Shown: positions 30,420 to 40,249 of the stretch, in pieces | Position numbering within the stretch: the first letter of the stretch is position 1 | Layout: every line of letters begins with the position of its first letter | Assembly: GCA_045863295.1 (NCBI GenBank) | Contig: BTWA01000001.1 | Location: forward strand, 64,001 to 128,000 | DNA from: Candidatus Hydrogenedentota bacterium | GTDB taxonomy: Bacteria; Hydrogenedentota; Hydrogenedentia; Hydrogenedentales; SLHB01 | Direction: 5' to 3' | Length of the DNA stretch: 64,000 bases | Notes under the pieces: model-generated | The model's input: only the letters and a program-made list of their open reading frames with translations | Told to the model about the DNA's origin: nothing | Database searches by the model: none | Position numbers and translations under genes: made by a program

Positions 30420-31151
30420 ATGGACGATAGAGTTCGCGCCACGAAGACCTTTGGTTTCGAGCCGGGTCGTCGCCTCGCCAGCAAATACGAAGTCGTAAGC
30501 CGCCTCGGCACGGGGTGGGAAGGCGAGGTCTACCACGTCACGGAGATTACGACGGGCGTGGAGCGCGCAGCCAAGTTCTTTTTTCCGCAGCGCAATCCCC
30601 GTGACAAGGCAATCAAGTTCTACGCGAAGAAGCTCGACAAGCTGCGCAAGTGTCCGATCGTGATTCAATACCACACGCAGGAGTGGTGCCGGTGCCGGGG
30701 CGAGAAGATTGCGTTCCTGGTGAGCGAATACGTGGAAGGGCAATTGCTCTCGAATTTCATCAAGCAACATCCGGGGAAGCGAGTTCACTATTTCGAGGCG
30801 ATGCATTTGTTGTATTCGCTGGTGCTGGGTCTGGAAGAGATACATCAGATCGGCGAGTATCATGGCGATTTGCACGCGGAGAACATCATCGTCAAACGAA
30901 CGGGGATTCATTTCGACGTTAAGGTGGTGGACATGTTCCAGTGGGGGCGTTGCACTCCAGCCCACTTTCTGGACGACGTGTGCGACGCAATCCGGTTGTT
31001 CTACAACGCAATCGGGGGAGCCAAGGCATATTCCCATGCGCCGAAGGAAGTGAAGTCCGTGGTGTGCGGCCTAAAACGGTCACTCATTCGGAAGAAGTTC
31101 AAAACCGCCGGCGATCTGCGCGTGTTTCTTGAGACAACATCCTGGGATTGA
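30420..31151 (+). CDS. Small soluble protein-kinase-like protein
   Basis: LGTGWEG glycine loop, AAK, EYVEG, HGDLHAENI catalytic loop, KVVDMF in place of DFG. Confidence 0.82.
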   Translation: MDDRVRATKTFGFEPGRRLASKYEVVSRLGTGWEGEVYHVTEITTGVERAAKFFFPQRNPRDKAIKFYAKKLDKLRKCPIVIQYHTQEWCRCRGEKIAFLVSEYVEGQLLSNFIKQHPGKRVHYFEAMHLLYSLVLGLEEIHQIGEYHGDLHAENIIVKRTGIHFDVKVVDMFQWGRCTPAHFLDDVCDAIRLFYNAIGGAKAYSHAPKEVKSVVCGLKRSLIRKKFKTAGDLRVFLETTSWD

Positions 31152-31188
31152 GGACAGACACGTTTCACCGCGCGTTTGGTTTGCACGA

Positions 31189-32343
31189 TCACGCTGTACG
31201 ATTCCCATTTACAAACGCCGCGTCAATAACCGCTTTGCCGTCAAGGTCGCGAAACGCGACGAAATCGGCCTTCTTTCCAATCACGGGCAGTGCGAATTGG
31301 AACGGAAGACCGAAGAGCTTGGCCGGAATGGCGTTTGCCGATGCGAAGGCTTCCTCCAATGTCAGGTCGGTGTTGAGGGCCACGTTCAATACTCCCTGCA
31401 ACAGCATAAGGGAACTGCCCGCGAGTAAATCGGTGCCCGTAAGACAGATGCGCCCGCTTGGCTTCAACTCCACAGGAATTCCCGCGAGGTCGTAGAAGCC
31501 CGGCTTCAATCCCGCGGCCGTAACCACATCGGACGTCAGAACCAAACGTGAGGGACCCTTTGCACGTGCGATAGTCTTCAGCATGGGCGCGGGCACATGA
31601 TGCAAGTCTGCGATTACGGACGCCGCAAGACGATCCTCCGCCATTTGGGGCCAGAGTGGATTGACATGGCGATGCATCATGGATGCGGAACCATTTCCCA
31701 AATGAGTTGACAAGACTGCACCGGCATCCACCGCGCGTTTGATATCATCTGCCGTGGCCTGATGGTGGCCTAAAGAGACGGCCACGCCGCGCTTGATCAC
31801 GGCCTTAATAAACGGAATTGCCCCGGGAACCTCGGGCGCAATCGTGGTATAGACAACCTTTCCCTCCGCTGCCTTCATGCACCGATCGAATTCGCGAATG
31901 CTGGGCTTCCGTACGTGCCTGCGCGCGTGTGCGCCTCGCGGTCCGTCCTCCGGTGAAATGTAGGGGCCTTCCAGGTGGATACCGGGCACAGCGCGGGCCA
32001 GGGTCTTATCTCTCAACGCCCCGGCGATGACCCGGCATCCGTGCTCCATGAAGTCCTGCGCGTTGGTGATAAGCGTAGGTATCCAACGCGACACGCCAGT
32101 GGCCGCGAGACCGTCGTTAACGGTCAACACGTCCTCCGGCGTCGTGGCGATGCCTTGCAAGTCCGTGCCTTTATAGCCGTTCACCTGAATGTCGAAAAGT
32201 GTGGGCCCGATAATGGTGGCCGCGGAGCCCGCGTCAGGTTTTGCCTTTCCGGGCGGCCCCATTGACTTAACGACGCCATTTTCAATTTGCAGATCAACGG
32301 GCTTCTTCGCGCCCATTGGGACGCCGCGAATGATGGTCTTCAT
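31189..32343 (-). CDS. nagA: N-acetylglucosamine-6-phosphate deacetylase family amidohydrolase
   Basis: DIQVNG, GIHLEGPY, GAH, APE, THLGNG, DLHH, LAGS. Confidence 0.88.
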   Translation of the reverse strand: MKTIIRGVPMGAKKPVDLQIENGVVKSMGPPGKAKPDAGSAATIIGPTLFDIQVNGYKGTDLQGIATTPEDVLTVNDGLAATGVSRWIPTLITNAQDFMEHGCRVIAGALRDKTLARAVPGIHLEGPYISPEDGPRGAHARRHVRKPSIREFDRCMKAAEGKVVYTTIAPEVPGAIPFIKAVIKRGVAVSLGHHQATADDIKRAVDAGAVLSTHLGNGSASMMHRHVNPLWPQMAEDRLAASVIADLHHVPAPMLKTIARAKGPSRLVLTSDVVTAAGLKPGFYDLAGIPVELKPSGRICLTGTDLLAGSSLMLLQGVLNVALNTDLTLEEAFASANAIPAKLFGLPFQFALPVIGKKADFVAFRDLDGKAVIDAAFVNGNRTA

Positions 32344-32499
32344 GAGCAGATTATAACCGGGACGCGAAAGCGAACCAACGTGACCGCCTTCCTCGCCTGA
32401 CTGTCACGAAAGGCGTTGCTCTACCGGAGCCATGCGCCGTTGAACCCCGTGTCCGACGCGAGAGCGCATTCCCGGGCATTGGAGTGAAAGAAAGGATAG

Positions 32500-34044
32500 T
32501 CATTCTTGTTTCAAAGGTGCTTCCAATACCCGCGCGGTGCAGTTGATGACGCGGCCAGTGAGCGGCCCATATACACCCTTGCCCAGACGAATTGCGGCAG
32601 GTATGCGATTCGCGAAGTCTTCCGGAATCTGGATTGCGTGCTTCGCCAGCAATGCGGCGTCCTGATAAATGAAGAGTCCTTCCCGATCGCAAACGAATCG
32701 AAATGTGGTACTCGGTTTCCACACGATTTGGCCGGAAGCTTGCGCTGGCCCCGTCAATCGATGGATAGCGCCGTATTGGCTTACCACCTCGGGCGTCAGG
32801 AAATCGTACACAGCGGGATCCCACGCGTCGCCTCGTTTGTTCATGGTGGAAATATACAGACCGTGACTGGTGCCGACGAGGTTCATGATACGCTGTCCCC
32901 AGAGATTGTAGTCGCCGGGTTTGCCTTGCATGGCGTCGCGGTAAGGTACATCGTTGCCGTCTATCACGGGAGAATGAAACACACGGCCCGCGAGACTCCA
33001 CTGCCTGGAATTGCAGTCAAGGCGCCACAATTCGCCCCAGGGCCACACACCGACGTAGAGGTCTCCTCCGTAAAACCCAAAAATCTGCGCCTCGCGGTTG
33101 GCGTCAATGGCGCCGGGTGCGCGCGGCACCGGCGGCGTGATAAGGGCCAGGTCTTTGCCCCGATACCCGTAGATGGATCCCGAAGGATAGTGGCCGATCC
33201 ACAACTCGTCGTACCAATAACTGACTGCGTACCCTTGCCAGCTTGTGCCATCCGATGCTCGAATGGTGCGGAGCTCGCCACTTTTATAGGCATAATTGTT
33301 GCCGATGTTTGACGAGATGAAGACCTCGTCGTTATATGCGCCAAAGACAAACAGAGTTCCGGCTACGTCGAATTGCTCTGGCGTCCCCTTCACCTGTGTC
33401 TGGGATGTGGGATCCCAATCGTAGATCCACAATTTCTGCGGCGCATCGTTCAGGTAGACATACAGCTTGCCGTTCACGAAGTAATAAAGCGCGGGCCGTT
33501 CCGGTTGGTATGCGATTTCGTCACCCAGCCAAACGTTGTTACCAGCAAACACGATGCGCCGGTTATCGACGAACTGCAGCCCGTTAAATTTCTCGGCTTG
33601 CATTCCAGTAAGGCCGTCATAGGGTTCGAACCCACCTTCTTTCACCTCTTTCAACTGGACAGGGACGCCGCCGCGAAAATAGGTGAGGAGCTTGTTGCTG
33701 TCGAGAATCAAACAAGAGGCATTGCGGTCGGGTCCGAACGGTTTTCCGACGACTTCAATAGTCGATCGGAAATCCTCTGCTTTGTAATAGAAATCAAGGG
33801 TGCGGTTGTTTGCCCGAGTGTAGAGCGAGTGAATATCGCTTGCGCCTGCGCCAAAGAGGACGTGTCCATTGGCGTCGACAACTTCAAACAGAGTTCCAAT
33901 CCGTTGCCCGCAATCCCGGCCGAGATCCAGGTGAACAGAGGCTTCGAACAACGGCGCTGCCATGGCGGACATCGCGAAGCCGAGAACTGTGAACGCCCAT
34001 ACTGCCAGGCTCGATGCAATCGAATAAGGCGATCGATTACGCAT
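32500..34044 (-). CDS. Secreted hypothetical protein, probably beta-propeller
   Basis: Signal peptide (..AMSAMA|A); repeated short beta-strand motifs (YGGDLYVG, WYDELWIG); overlaps the upstream gene by 8 nt. Confidence 0.6.
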   Translation of the reverse strand: MRNRSPYSIASSLAVWAFTVLGFAMSAMAAPLFEASVHLDLGRDCGQRIGTLFEVVDANGHVLFGAGASDIHSLYTRANNRTLDFYYKAEDFRSTIEVVGKPFGPDRNASCLILDSNKLLTYFRGGVPVQLKEVKEGGFEPYDGLTGMQAEKFNGLQFVDNRRIVFAGNNVWLGDEIAYQPERPALYYFVNGKLYVYLNDAPQKLWIYDWDPTSQTQVKGTPEQFDVAGTLFVFGAYNDEVFISSNIGNNYAYKSGELRTIRASDGTSWQGYAVSYWYDELWIGHYPSGSIYGYRGKDLALITPPVPRAPGAIDANREAQIFGFYGGDLYVGVWPWGELWRLDCNSRQWSLAGRVFHSPVIDGNDVPYRDAMQGKPGDYNLWGQRIMNLVGTSHGLYISTMNKRGDAWDPAVYDFLTPEVVSQYGAIHRLTGPAQASGQIVWKPSTTFRFVCDREGLFIYQDAALLAKHAIQIPEDFANRIPAAIRLGKGVYGPLTGRVINCTARVLEAPLKQE

Positions 34045-35191
34045 ACAGATTGTCCGACAAATCGCACGTGCGATGGTTCACCTGCGCGAGCGGCGGCAAT
34101 CCATTCTCGGGATTGTCGAGATAAAAGAAACCAACCGCAGACAGGTCATCACGGCGGTACATGTTCACCCACGTGTCCCACGGCGACTCAAATTTGGTGA
34201 TGTCGATGGGCGGGTTCGGATCGAGTAAGTTGGTGTATGTATTTGGGTAGTCCGCGCTGACGGGCATAATTTCGACGCCCTTCTGAAGCATGACAAGCAA
34301 CTTTGCCTTCTCCGTGCCACCGATTTGCTGCAATGTGACGCGAATGTCCTTTTGAAAATAGATGGGCTCGGGAATGTGGTAGCGATAGAACGTGTAGTGC
34401 CGGTTCACGGGATCGCAGACGGGACACCCCTGGAAACGATTGAAGAACGTAGCTTGCTCCCAGCCGGAGCCGATGTAGTCTTCGGTGCCCGTGCCAACGA
34501 TGGTCGGATATTCCGAATCGCCATCCATATACATTTTCACTTCGCCTTCTCCCCACCAACCCACGTTGTCGGGATGTTCAATCAGTCCGACGTGCGCGCC
34601 GAGGTAACGTCCCCTTCCGGATATCTTCGGAAGCAGTTCAAAATCCTCTTTCAGCTTTGTATAGCGGACACGATGCCAACCGGCGTGTAAATACATCACA
34701 TCGTCAGGGTGTTCCGGCACGGTGGTGATGTCGATGTCGTAATACATTTTGTCAATGCCGACAGTGTTTTCATTCGTGATGGTCACTTTGGCGCTTTTGC
34801 GGAAGGGCATCTGCAAGAGGCAGTTGAACGACCGGCCTTCGGGATTGCTGAAGAGTTCGTTCTCGAATACAGCCGTGCGGCCGAGGATCGCACAAAAGAA
34901 ATCGCCGAAGGGCACGGACACGGCGGGCGTCGGGGCTCCGTCCCAATACATATCCAGGCGGAGCGAGCGGAGCATTTTGGGATCGCGTTCGCGAAACGTA
35001 AACCAAATTCGGTGGATCGTGCCCGCGCCTTTAACATCCATCAGCACGCGGGTCTGCCCGGGGTGCAATCGGTCGAAGGCGTGGCCTTTCGCGCCCTGGT
35101 TTTCCTTGGCTCCTTCGCCCTTGGCCCCGGTGGGGTTTTCAAACGTAAACCATCTGGACTCGACCCCTTTGGGCATTCGATAGATTTCCAT
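34037..35191 (-). CDS. DUF2961 / GH172-like glycoside hydrolase
   Basis: FENPTGAKG, GAGTIHRIWFT, VPFGDFF, WWGEGE, GTGTEDY. AAGGAG RBS before ATG 35191. Confidence 0.88.
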   Translation of the reverse strand: MEIYRMPKGVESRWFTFENPTGAKGEGAKENQGAKGHAFDRLHPGQTRVLMDVKGAGTIHRIWFTFRERDPKMLRSLRLDMYWDGAPTPAVSVPFGDFFCAILGRTAVFENELFSNPEGRSFNCLLQMPFRKSAKVTITNENTVGIDKMYYDIDITTVPEHPDDVMYLHAGWHRVRYTKLKEDFELLPKISGRGRYLGAHVGLIEHPDNVGWWGEGEVKMYMDGDSEYPTIVGTGTEDYIGSGWEQATFFNRFQGCPVCDPVNRHYTFYRYHIPEPIYFQKDIRVTLQQIGGTEKAKLLVMLQKGVEIMPVSADYPNTYTNLLDPNPPIDITKFESPWDTWVNMYRRDDLSAVGFFYLDNPENGLPPLAQVNHRTCDLSDNLYA

Positions 35192-35327
35192 GTTGCGGGA
35201 CTCCTTCCAATAGCGATTGTTTGTGGGATCATAGCGCGCCGCAGGTTTGGAATCCCATTGCCGAATTTGATCCCATGGCACCCATCCTGTCATTAAATGC
35301 AATGAACATAGTTTGAGAGGAAGCATC

Positions 35328-37487
35328 GTGAACGGATATCAGAAAGCAATTGCCGCGTGTTTGGGCATTCTCGCGGCCCTGTTGACGCTGCTTGTGCTGT
35401 ATGCCGGGGGCGTGCGTGAGGCGGTGGAGACTGTGTCCGAAAAGGTTCGCCAGGCTGCGCCGGAGCAGAAGGCTGCTTCCGTGTCCTTTACATCTCCCGC
35501 GCCGGAGGTGACCGCGGAGGCGGCCGCTGTGCGGCCTGCATCGCCGCGTGACACCGGCGTTGTCTCGGGCGTTGTGTACACCATGGCGCATGAGCCGGTA
35601 GCCAATGCGGACGTGCGTCTGGTGCGCAAGGCGTGGGCCGAAGGTATACAACGCGTGCACCCGCCTGGTGCGAGCCAGACAACGTTGACCGGATCCGACG
35701 GCCGGTTCGCGATTTCGGGACTGGAATGGGGACGTTACGATGTTGAGGCGAGCCTGCCCGCAGAGAAAGGCACGGCGATGGCAGAGATACAACTTGCCTA
35801 CCCGCTGGCGCATGTGACGATTCACCTACGCGAAAAAGGGGCGATTGCCGGGCGCGTAGTCAACGAGCGAGGCGCACCGGTTCCGGGAGCAGAATTGCTG
35901 GCGTACAGACACGACAAACAGGCCATTGACGGCATGTTATGGGAATTGCCGTTGGCGATATCGGGTGGTGGCGGCGAATTCCGGATAGACAATTTGGAAG
36001 CGAGTACCTGGAGTTTCCTTGTGCGAGCGCCGGAGTATGCGCCCCTCGTGACTGATCCCTTGCCGGTGGGTGGTTCCCTTGAGACCATTACACTAAAGCG
36101 GGGCACGATCATCCGGGGGCTTGTTGCGGAAGTGGAAAGCGGTGCGCCTGTGGCGGAGTTTCCCTTGGTAATTGACTTGATTCATTACTTAAAGACTGAT
36201 GCACAGGGGCGCTTTGAGACGCTACTTGCCGACTGGTCCGGCGAGACCATACCGATACACGGCGTGGACGAGCGTTTTGTGCTTCCATCGGCGCACTTGA
36301 TCGATCAGAGCGATGCGGTGGAAGGCATTATCGCGGTGGAATTAAAAGTCTCCAAGGCGGCATCGGTGAGTGGGTATGTGTTGGGGGAGGCTACCCAGGA
36401 GCCATTGGCCGGGTGTGTGGTGGAAGCTCATGGACCTTCCAACGGGTACGCGGACACATGCGATGCCGAGGGATTTTATGAGATCCACGGACTGGCGCCG
36501 GGCGCCACGACCATCAAAGTGACCCAGACGCCGCGTGGCTACAGCGCGAGTGCGGCACGCGCGAATCCCAGAGAACTCACGACAGCGCCGGGAATGGTTC
36601 TTGAGAACCTGGATTTCGTATTGCCCGAGGGCATCTCGATTCGCGGTGTGGTGGTCGATGCCGAGGGTAGTCCCGTGCCCGGTGCAGAAGTGATTGCAAC
36701 GTCCGACGAGTATCTTACGTCCGGTACCGGCATTCATGCGTGGGAGGAGCGTGACGTGAGCGACGAGCGCGGCGCATTCGAAGTGATGCACTCGCTGGAA
36801 GGAGCGCACGTATACTTTAGCGCACGCGCCGAGTCAGGGTACGTTGTGAATGCGGGGCCGATGGAAGTGCCACCCGGCGGATTGGCCGGCGTTCGACTTG
36901 TTCTGGCGGAACCGTTGGACCGGGTTATCTTCGGTCAGTGTGTCGACGAGCAGGGCCGTCCCGTGGCGGCTCTTGTCACGATATGGCCATATTCCGACGT
37001 GCCCGCGTATGAGCGCTGGATGCCGGATAGGCGCTGGCCCACAGACCTGCAAGGCTACTTTACAATCTCGGAGCTGCCGCGAGGGGCCTACTCCCTTTGG
37101 GCGCAGTCGACGGGCAAAGGGACCTTCAGTATCCAGTATCGTGCGAGCACCCTGGACGCTCTGGGAGATCATGAATACGGCGTCGATCTCGCTAACCATC
37201 CGCAGCGAGGAGGCATTCGGCTGGTGTTGGCACGGAGAAGCGACTTGTCAGGGCAGGTTCTGGACGCCTCCGGCAATCCGATAAGCGGCGCAAAGCTAAC
37301 CATTCCTGTCCGCGAAGACGAACGGAATTACTCCATTGTGAAATACACAGGTCAAGACGGCGGCTACATGTTTAAGAATTTGCGCGACGGTGAATACACC
37401 GTAACCCTTGAAGCCAACGGAACGCAGACGACAGATCGCGCTACGATTGCAAACGGTGATGGCAAGTTGGATTTTATGGTGCAGTAG
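35328..37487 (+). CDS. Membrane-anchored protein with multiple carboxypeptidase-regulatory-like (Ig-like) repeats
   Basis: N-terminal TM helix; repeated GxVxxxxGxPVxGA and TDxxGxF motifs. Confidence 0.8.
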   Translation: MNGYQKAIAACLGILAALLTLLVLYAGGVREAVETVSEKVRQAAPEQKAASVSFTSPAPEVTAEAAAVRPASPRDTGVVSGVVYTMAHEPVANADVRLVRKAWAEGIQRVHPPGASQTTLTGSDGRFAISGLEWGRYDVEASLPAEKGTAMAEIQLAYPLAHVTIHLREKGAIAGRVVNERGAPVPGAELLAYRHDKQAIDGMLWELPLAISGGGGEFRIDNLEASTWSFLVRAPEYAPLVTDPLPVGGSLETITLKRGTIIRGLVAEVESGAPVAEFPLVIDLIHYLKTDAQGRFETLLADWSGETIPIHGVDERFVLPSAHLIDQSDAVEGIIAVELKVSKAASVSGYVLGEATQEPLAGCVVEAHGPSNGYADTCDAEGFYEIHGLAPGATTIKVTQTPRGYSASAARANPRELTTAPGMVLENLDFVLPEGISIRGVVVDAEGSPVPGAEVIATSDEYLTSGTGIHAWEERDVSDERGAFEVMHSLEGAHVYFSARAESGYVVNAGPMEVPPGGLAGVRLVLAEPLDRVIFGQCVDEQGRPVAALVTIWPYSDVPAYERWMPDRRWPTDLQGYFTISELPRGAYSLWAQSTGKGTFSIQYRASTLDALGDHEYGVDLANHPQRGGIRLVLARRSDLSGQVLDASGNPISGAKLTIPVREDERNYSIVKYTGQDGGYMFKNLRDGEYTVTLEANGTQTTDRATIANGDGKLDFMVQ

Positions 37488-37589
37488 CGCGGTTCGGAGA
37501 GATGTGTCGCCACAACGGCTTGAGTTTCGCATTCTGGATGCAAATGCTTTTCACTTGTCGACGATGTACTCTCCATCCTTGGGGACTAG

Positions 37590-39527
37590 CTAGTCGTACT
37601 GCGTCCGATCGGACCGGCGCTTTCGCCCATCTCGAATTGCGGAAATATCACCGTATGTGTACGGGCCCGAAACCGAAACGCTTCCAGCGGCCTCTTTCTT
37701 GAGGGGTACGTTCGAAATGATGCGCCACTGATAAGGCCGCATGTAATACTCGATATACTTTGCGTCCGACGCTTTCAAGCCGTCGACACGCGCGGTCATG
37801 TAATGCATCCAGTCACCGGATGTGAGTCGATCGATGATTTTGCCTTCGTGCCGATCGCCTGATTTGTCGATTATGCAGACACGGTCTGCAAAAGGCTGGT
37901 CCATGCGATTTGTCATGATGTTGAATTCGAGGCCGTATTCGGAGTCGCGCACGGGGGTGGTGACAATCTCGTACCCATCCATTCCCGTGGTTGTGTAGCC
38001 GTTTGCCATGGTCTCATTGCCTTGCTGCTTCCATGGTCCGACCGTAACAGCAAGATAGAGGTCAATCGCAGCGAGGCTATTCGACGTTGGCTTGCATATC
38101 ACCTCCCGCAGTGTATTTGATCCTTCCAAGAGACTACGACTTCCGCTCGTGTCACCACCTTCCTCCGCGAAGGATGTATAAACCTGAACATCCCTGTCCA
38201 CGAGATGGTGGCGAAACAGCACATAGCGCATGGGATTCGGGTCAGATTGGTCCGACATCGAATTTCCTGGGTCCAGGCCGGGCGGCAAGACTACGATGTC
38301 TCCGTTCGCTGAGCGCCAGACATTGGATTCCGGTTCGCGGACTCCCACCAGTTCAATCAAGCCTACAGAAGGGATGTCGATTGTAAAACTTGAAGGAAGT
38401 GGAATGGCGTCACTCGTACGGTCGAGCGGAGGTGTGCCGGAAACAAAAGGAACGGCCTCCGCTTCGGCGACTACCGGCAGGGTGCGGCGTACACCCAATC
38501 CAGACACACATAGCGAGACGGCAACGGCGGCAAACACCATGACCAACTTTGTGCGCAGGCTGATGCTGCTTCGGCTGCGGGTAGTCTGCAGCAGATAGCG
38601 AATGCGGCTTTCCAGCCGCGTGGTATGCGCCATGCCAACTGCAACCACTCCGTACACCACCGGGTTACTTTCACGCGCCGCCCGTACGAGGTGCTCCGCG
38701 TATGCGCTCGGGGTCGCGCCTAGCCGAAGCACCGTATCGTCGCACGCACGCTCGCGCTCCACGCGCATCCGGTGTGCCACGTACCAGACGAACGGATTGG
38801 GCCAATGGATTGCGCACGCCAGCGCGGCGAACCATTGCGACAAGAAATCGTTTCGACGTATGTGCGCCAGTTCATGCTGCACCACTGCAAGCATCATCTC
38901 GTCCGTCCAGGTTTCCGCCGTCGCAGGCAACAAAATTACAGGGCGCCAAGTGCCCCATGTCATAGGCGTTGATGCTGAGCGGCTGAGAAGTATGCAGACA
39001 TTCCGCCTCATGCCCATCCGTTGGGCTTCAGCGCGCCCCACTTCGGCGATGTGCTCTGGAGCTGGCGCCGCGTCGATTCGCCAACGCCGCAGTCGCGCGG
39101 TAGCGACCAACAGACGGGCGAGCAGAGCAAGTGTGCCAATTGCGAAGAGCCACAACGTTGCATTCGGCACGAAATGGACAAACCATCGTGCGTCCCATGG
39201 CGTTCCCTGCGCAATCGCGACGTTTGCCGTAGCCGTCACATCCTGTGCCGTTGCTTCAGACAATGTGGATAGCGGCGCAACAGACTCCAAAGGAACAGCC
39301 ACGGACCAATCTGGCGCGGTTGCAGGTAGGGGCACTTCGAGCCAGGCGTCGTTGAAGGAAAGGATCGGGAGCACGACAAGGGCCACGACGGCACACAGCA
39401 ATACCGCGTGCCGCTTTGCCGCCGACGATCTGTACAGGGGCACGGAAACCAGCAACGCCACCGTCGCCACGATCATACCCTTTCCAATAAGTGCCCACCC
39501 CGCCAGATTCGACTGGATAAAGTCCAT
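37590..39527 (-). CDS. BlaR1/MecR1-type M56 metallopeptidase sensor
   Basis: SAAKRH, PMTWG..RPVILLP, HELAH, HWPNP, ERERACDD, YAEHL, TM helix, C-terminal extracytoplasmic domain. Confidence 0.92.
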   Translation of the reverse strand: MDFIQSNLAGWALIGKGMIVATVALLVSVPLYRSSAAKRHAVLLCAVVALVVLPILSFNDAWLEVPLPATAPDWSVAVPLESVAPLSTLSEATAQDVTATANVAIAQGTPWDARWFVHFVPNATLWLFAIGTLALLARLLVATARLRRWRIDAAPAPEHIAEVGRAEAQRMGMRRNVCILLSRSASTPMTWGTWRPVILLPATAETWTDEMMLAVVQHELAHIRRNDFLSQWFAALACAIHWPNPFVWYVAHRMRVERERACDDTVLRLGATPSAYAEHLVRAARESNPVVYGVVAVGMAHTTRLESRIRYLLQTTRSRSSISLRTKLVMVFAAVAVSLCVSGLGVRRTLPVVAEAEAVPFVSGTPPLDRTSDAIPLPSSFTIDIPSVGLIELVGVREPESNVWRSANGDIVVLPPGLDPGNSMSDQSDPNPMRYVLFRHHLVDRDVQVYTSFAEEGGDTSGSRSLLEGSNTLREVICKPTSNSLAAIDLYLAVTVGPWKQQGNETMANGYTTTGMDGYEIVTTPVRDSEYGLEFNIMTNRMDQPFADRVCIIDKSGDRHEGKIIDRLTSGDWMHYMTARVDGLKASDAKYIEYYMRPYQWRIISNVPLKKEAAGSVSVSGPYTYGDISAIRDGRKRRSDRTQYD

Positions 39528-39529
39528 GA

Positions 39530-39916
39530 TCAGCGGCCCTCCTGTTTGGCCTGTTCAATAACAGCGATGATGCGACGATACTCATCCTCGCTCATGTCCT
39601 TGTCAGATACGTCGAGCAGCGCCGCGACGGCACGCTCGGGCGATCCACTGAAAAAGGTGTCAAGAACGCGCTTCATGGCCGCGCGCGCGGCGCGGGTTCT
39701 GGGGCGTGTGGCTTGATAGACATAGCGCGCGCCTTCCTTCTTGTGTTTGAGGTGGCCCTTGTCGACAAGGATGCGCAGCAGCGCACGTACGGTGGAATAG
39801 CTGGGAGGATCCGGGAGCGCGGCGTGTACATCCGCGGCCGTGACGTTGCCGTTGGCGTAGACGATATCCATGATTTGGCGTTCGCGTCGGCTGAGACGTT
39901 CGGCGGATTCGGGCAT
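39530..39916 (-). CDS. BlaI/MecI/CopY family transcriptional repressor
   Basis: LSRRERQIMDIVY, SYSTVRALLRILVDKG, FFSGS; upstream of the M56 gene. Confidence 0.95.
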   Translation of the reverse strand: MPESAERLSRRERQIMDIVYANGNVTAADVHAALPDPPSYSTVRALLRILVDKGHLKHKKEGARYVYQATRPRTRAARAAMKRVLDTFFSGSPERAVAALLDVSDKDMSEDEYRRIIAVIEQAKQEGR

Positions 39917-39933
39917 TAGGTGTCCCCTATTGT

Positions 39934-39994
39934 ATGCTAATTTTTTAGCACATGTTCGATAGGGTGTCAAGAGGAAATGCTAAAAAATTAGCAT
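39934..39994 (-). promoter_or_regulatory. Promoter with twin palindromic operators for the BlaI-like repressor
   Basis: TGCTAATTTTTTAGCA (39935-39950) and TGCTAAAAAATTAGCA (39978-39993) flank a minus-strand TTGACA (39965-39970)-17 nt-TAAAAA. Confidence 0.85.
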
Positions 39995-40166
39995 CGATCC
40001 AAGGGGCGTCGCTAGGAACTGGCTGGCTGGCGGCGGGCTCAGTGACAAAAATTGTCACGAAGCGGCGTTTTTCCTGATTTTTCCGCTATTTGCAATCAGG
40101 TACGGGAAAAAGCCATGATGGCTTAAGCGATTGTGGCCGTAGCGTTTAGCGAAGTGGGAGCGGCGG

Positions 40167-40182
40167 TGGTACGGTTTGTGCT
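40167..40182 (+). promoter_or_regulatory. Sigma54 promoter of the pilin gene
   Basis: TGGTACGGTTTGTGCT (GG-N10-GC), about 70 nt upstream of the ATG. Confidence 0.65.
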
Positions 40183-40249
40183 GCTTCCTTGGCAACGTAA
40201 AGGAGCCCAAGGCCTGAAGACGGCCTTGAAAGGAACAGGAGACACCGCC

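Noticed and set aside
27993..31037. 1014-aa ORF as a single giant kinase
   Set aside because: The first 277 codons are antisense to the small kinase gene and the intergenic gap; kinase motifs start only after ATG 30206.
35277..35292. TGGCAC element upstream of the repeat protein as a sigma54 promoter
   Set aside because: The -12 position reads GT rather than GC.
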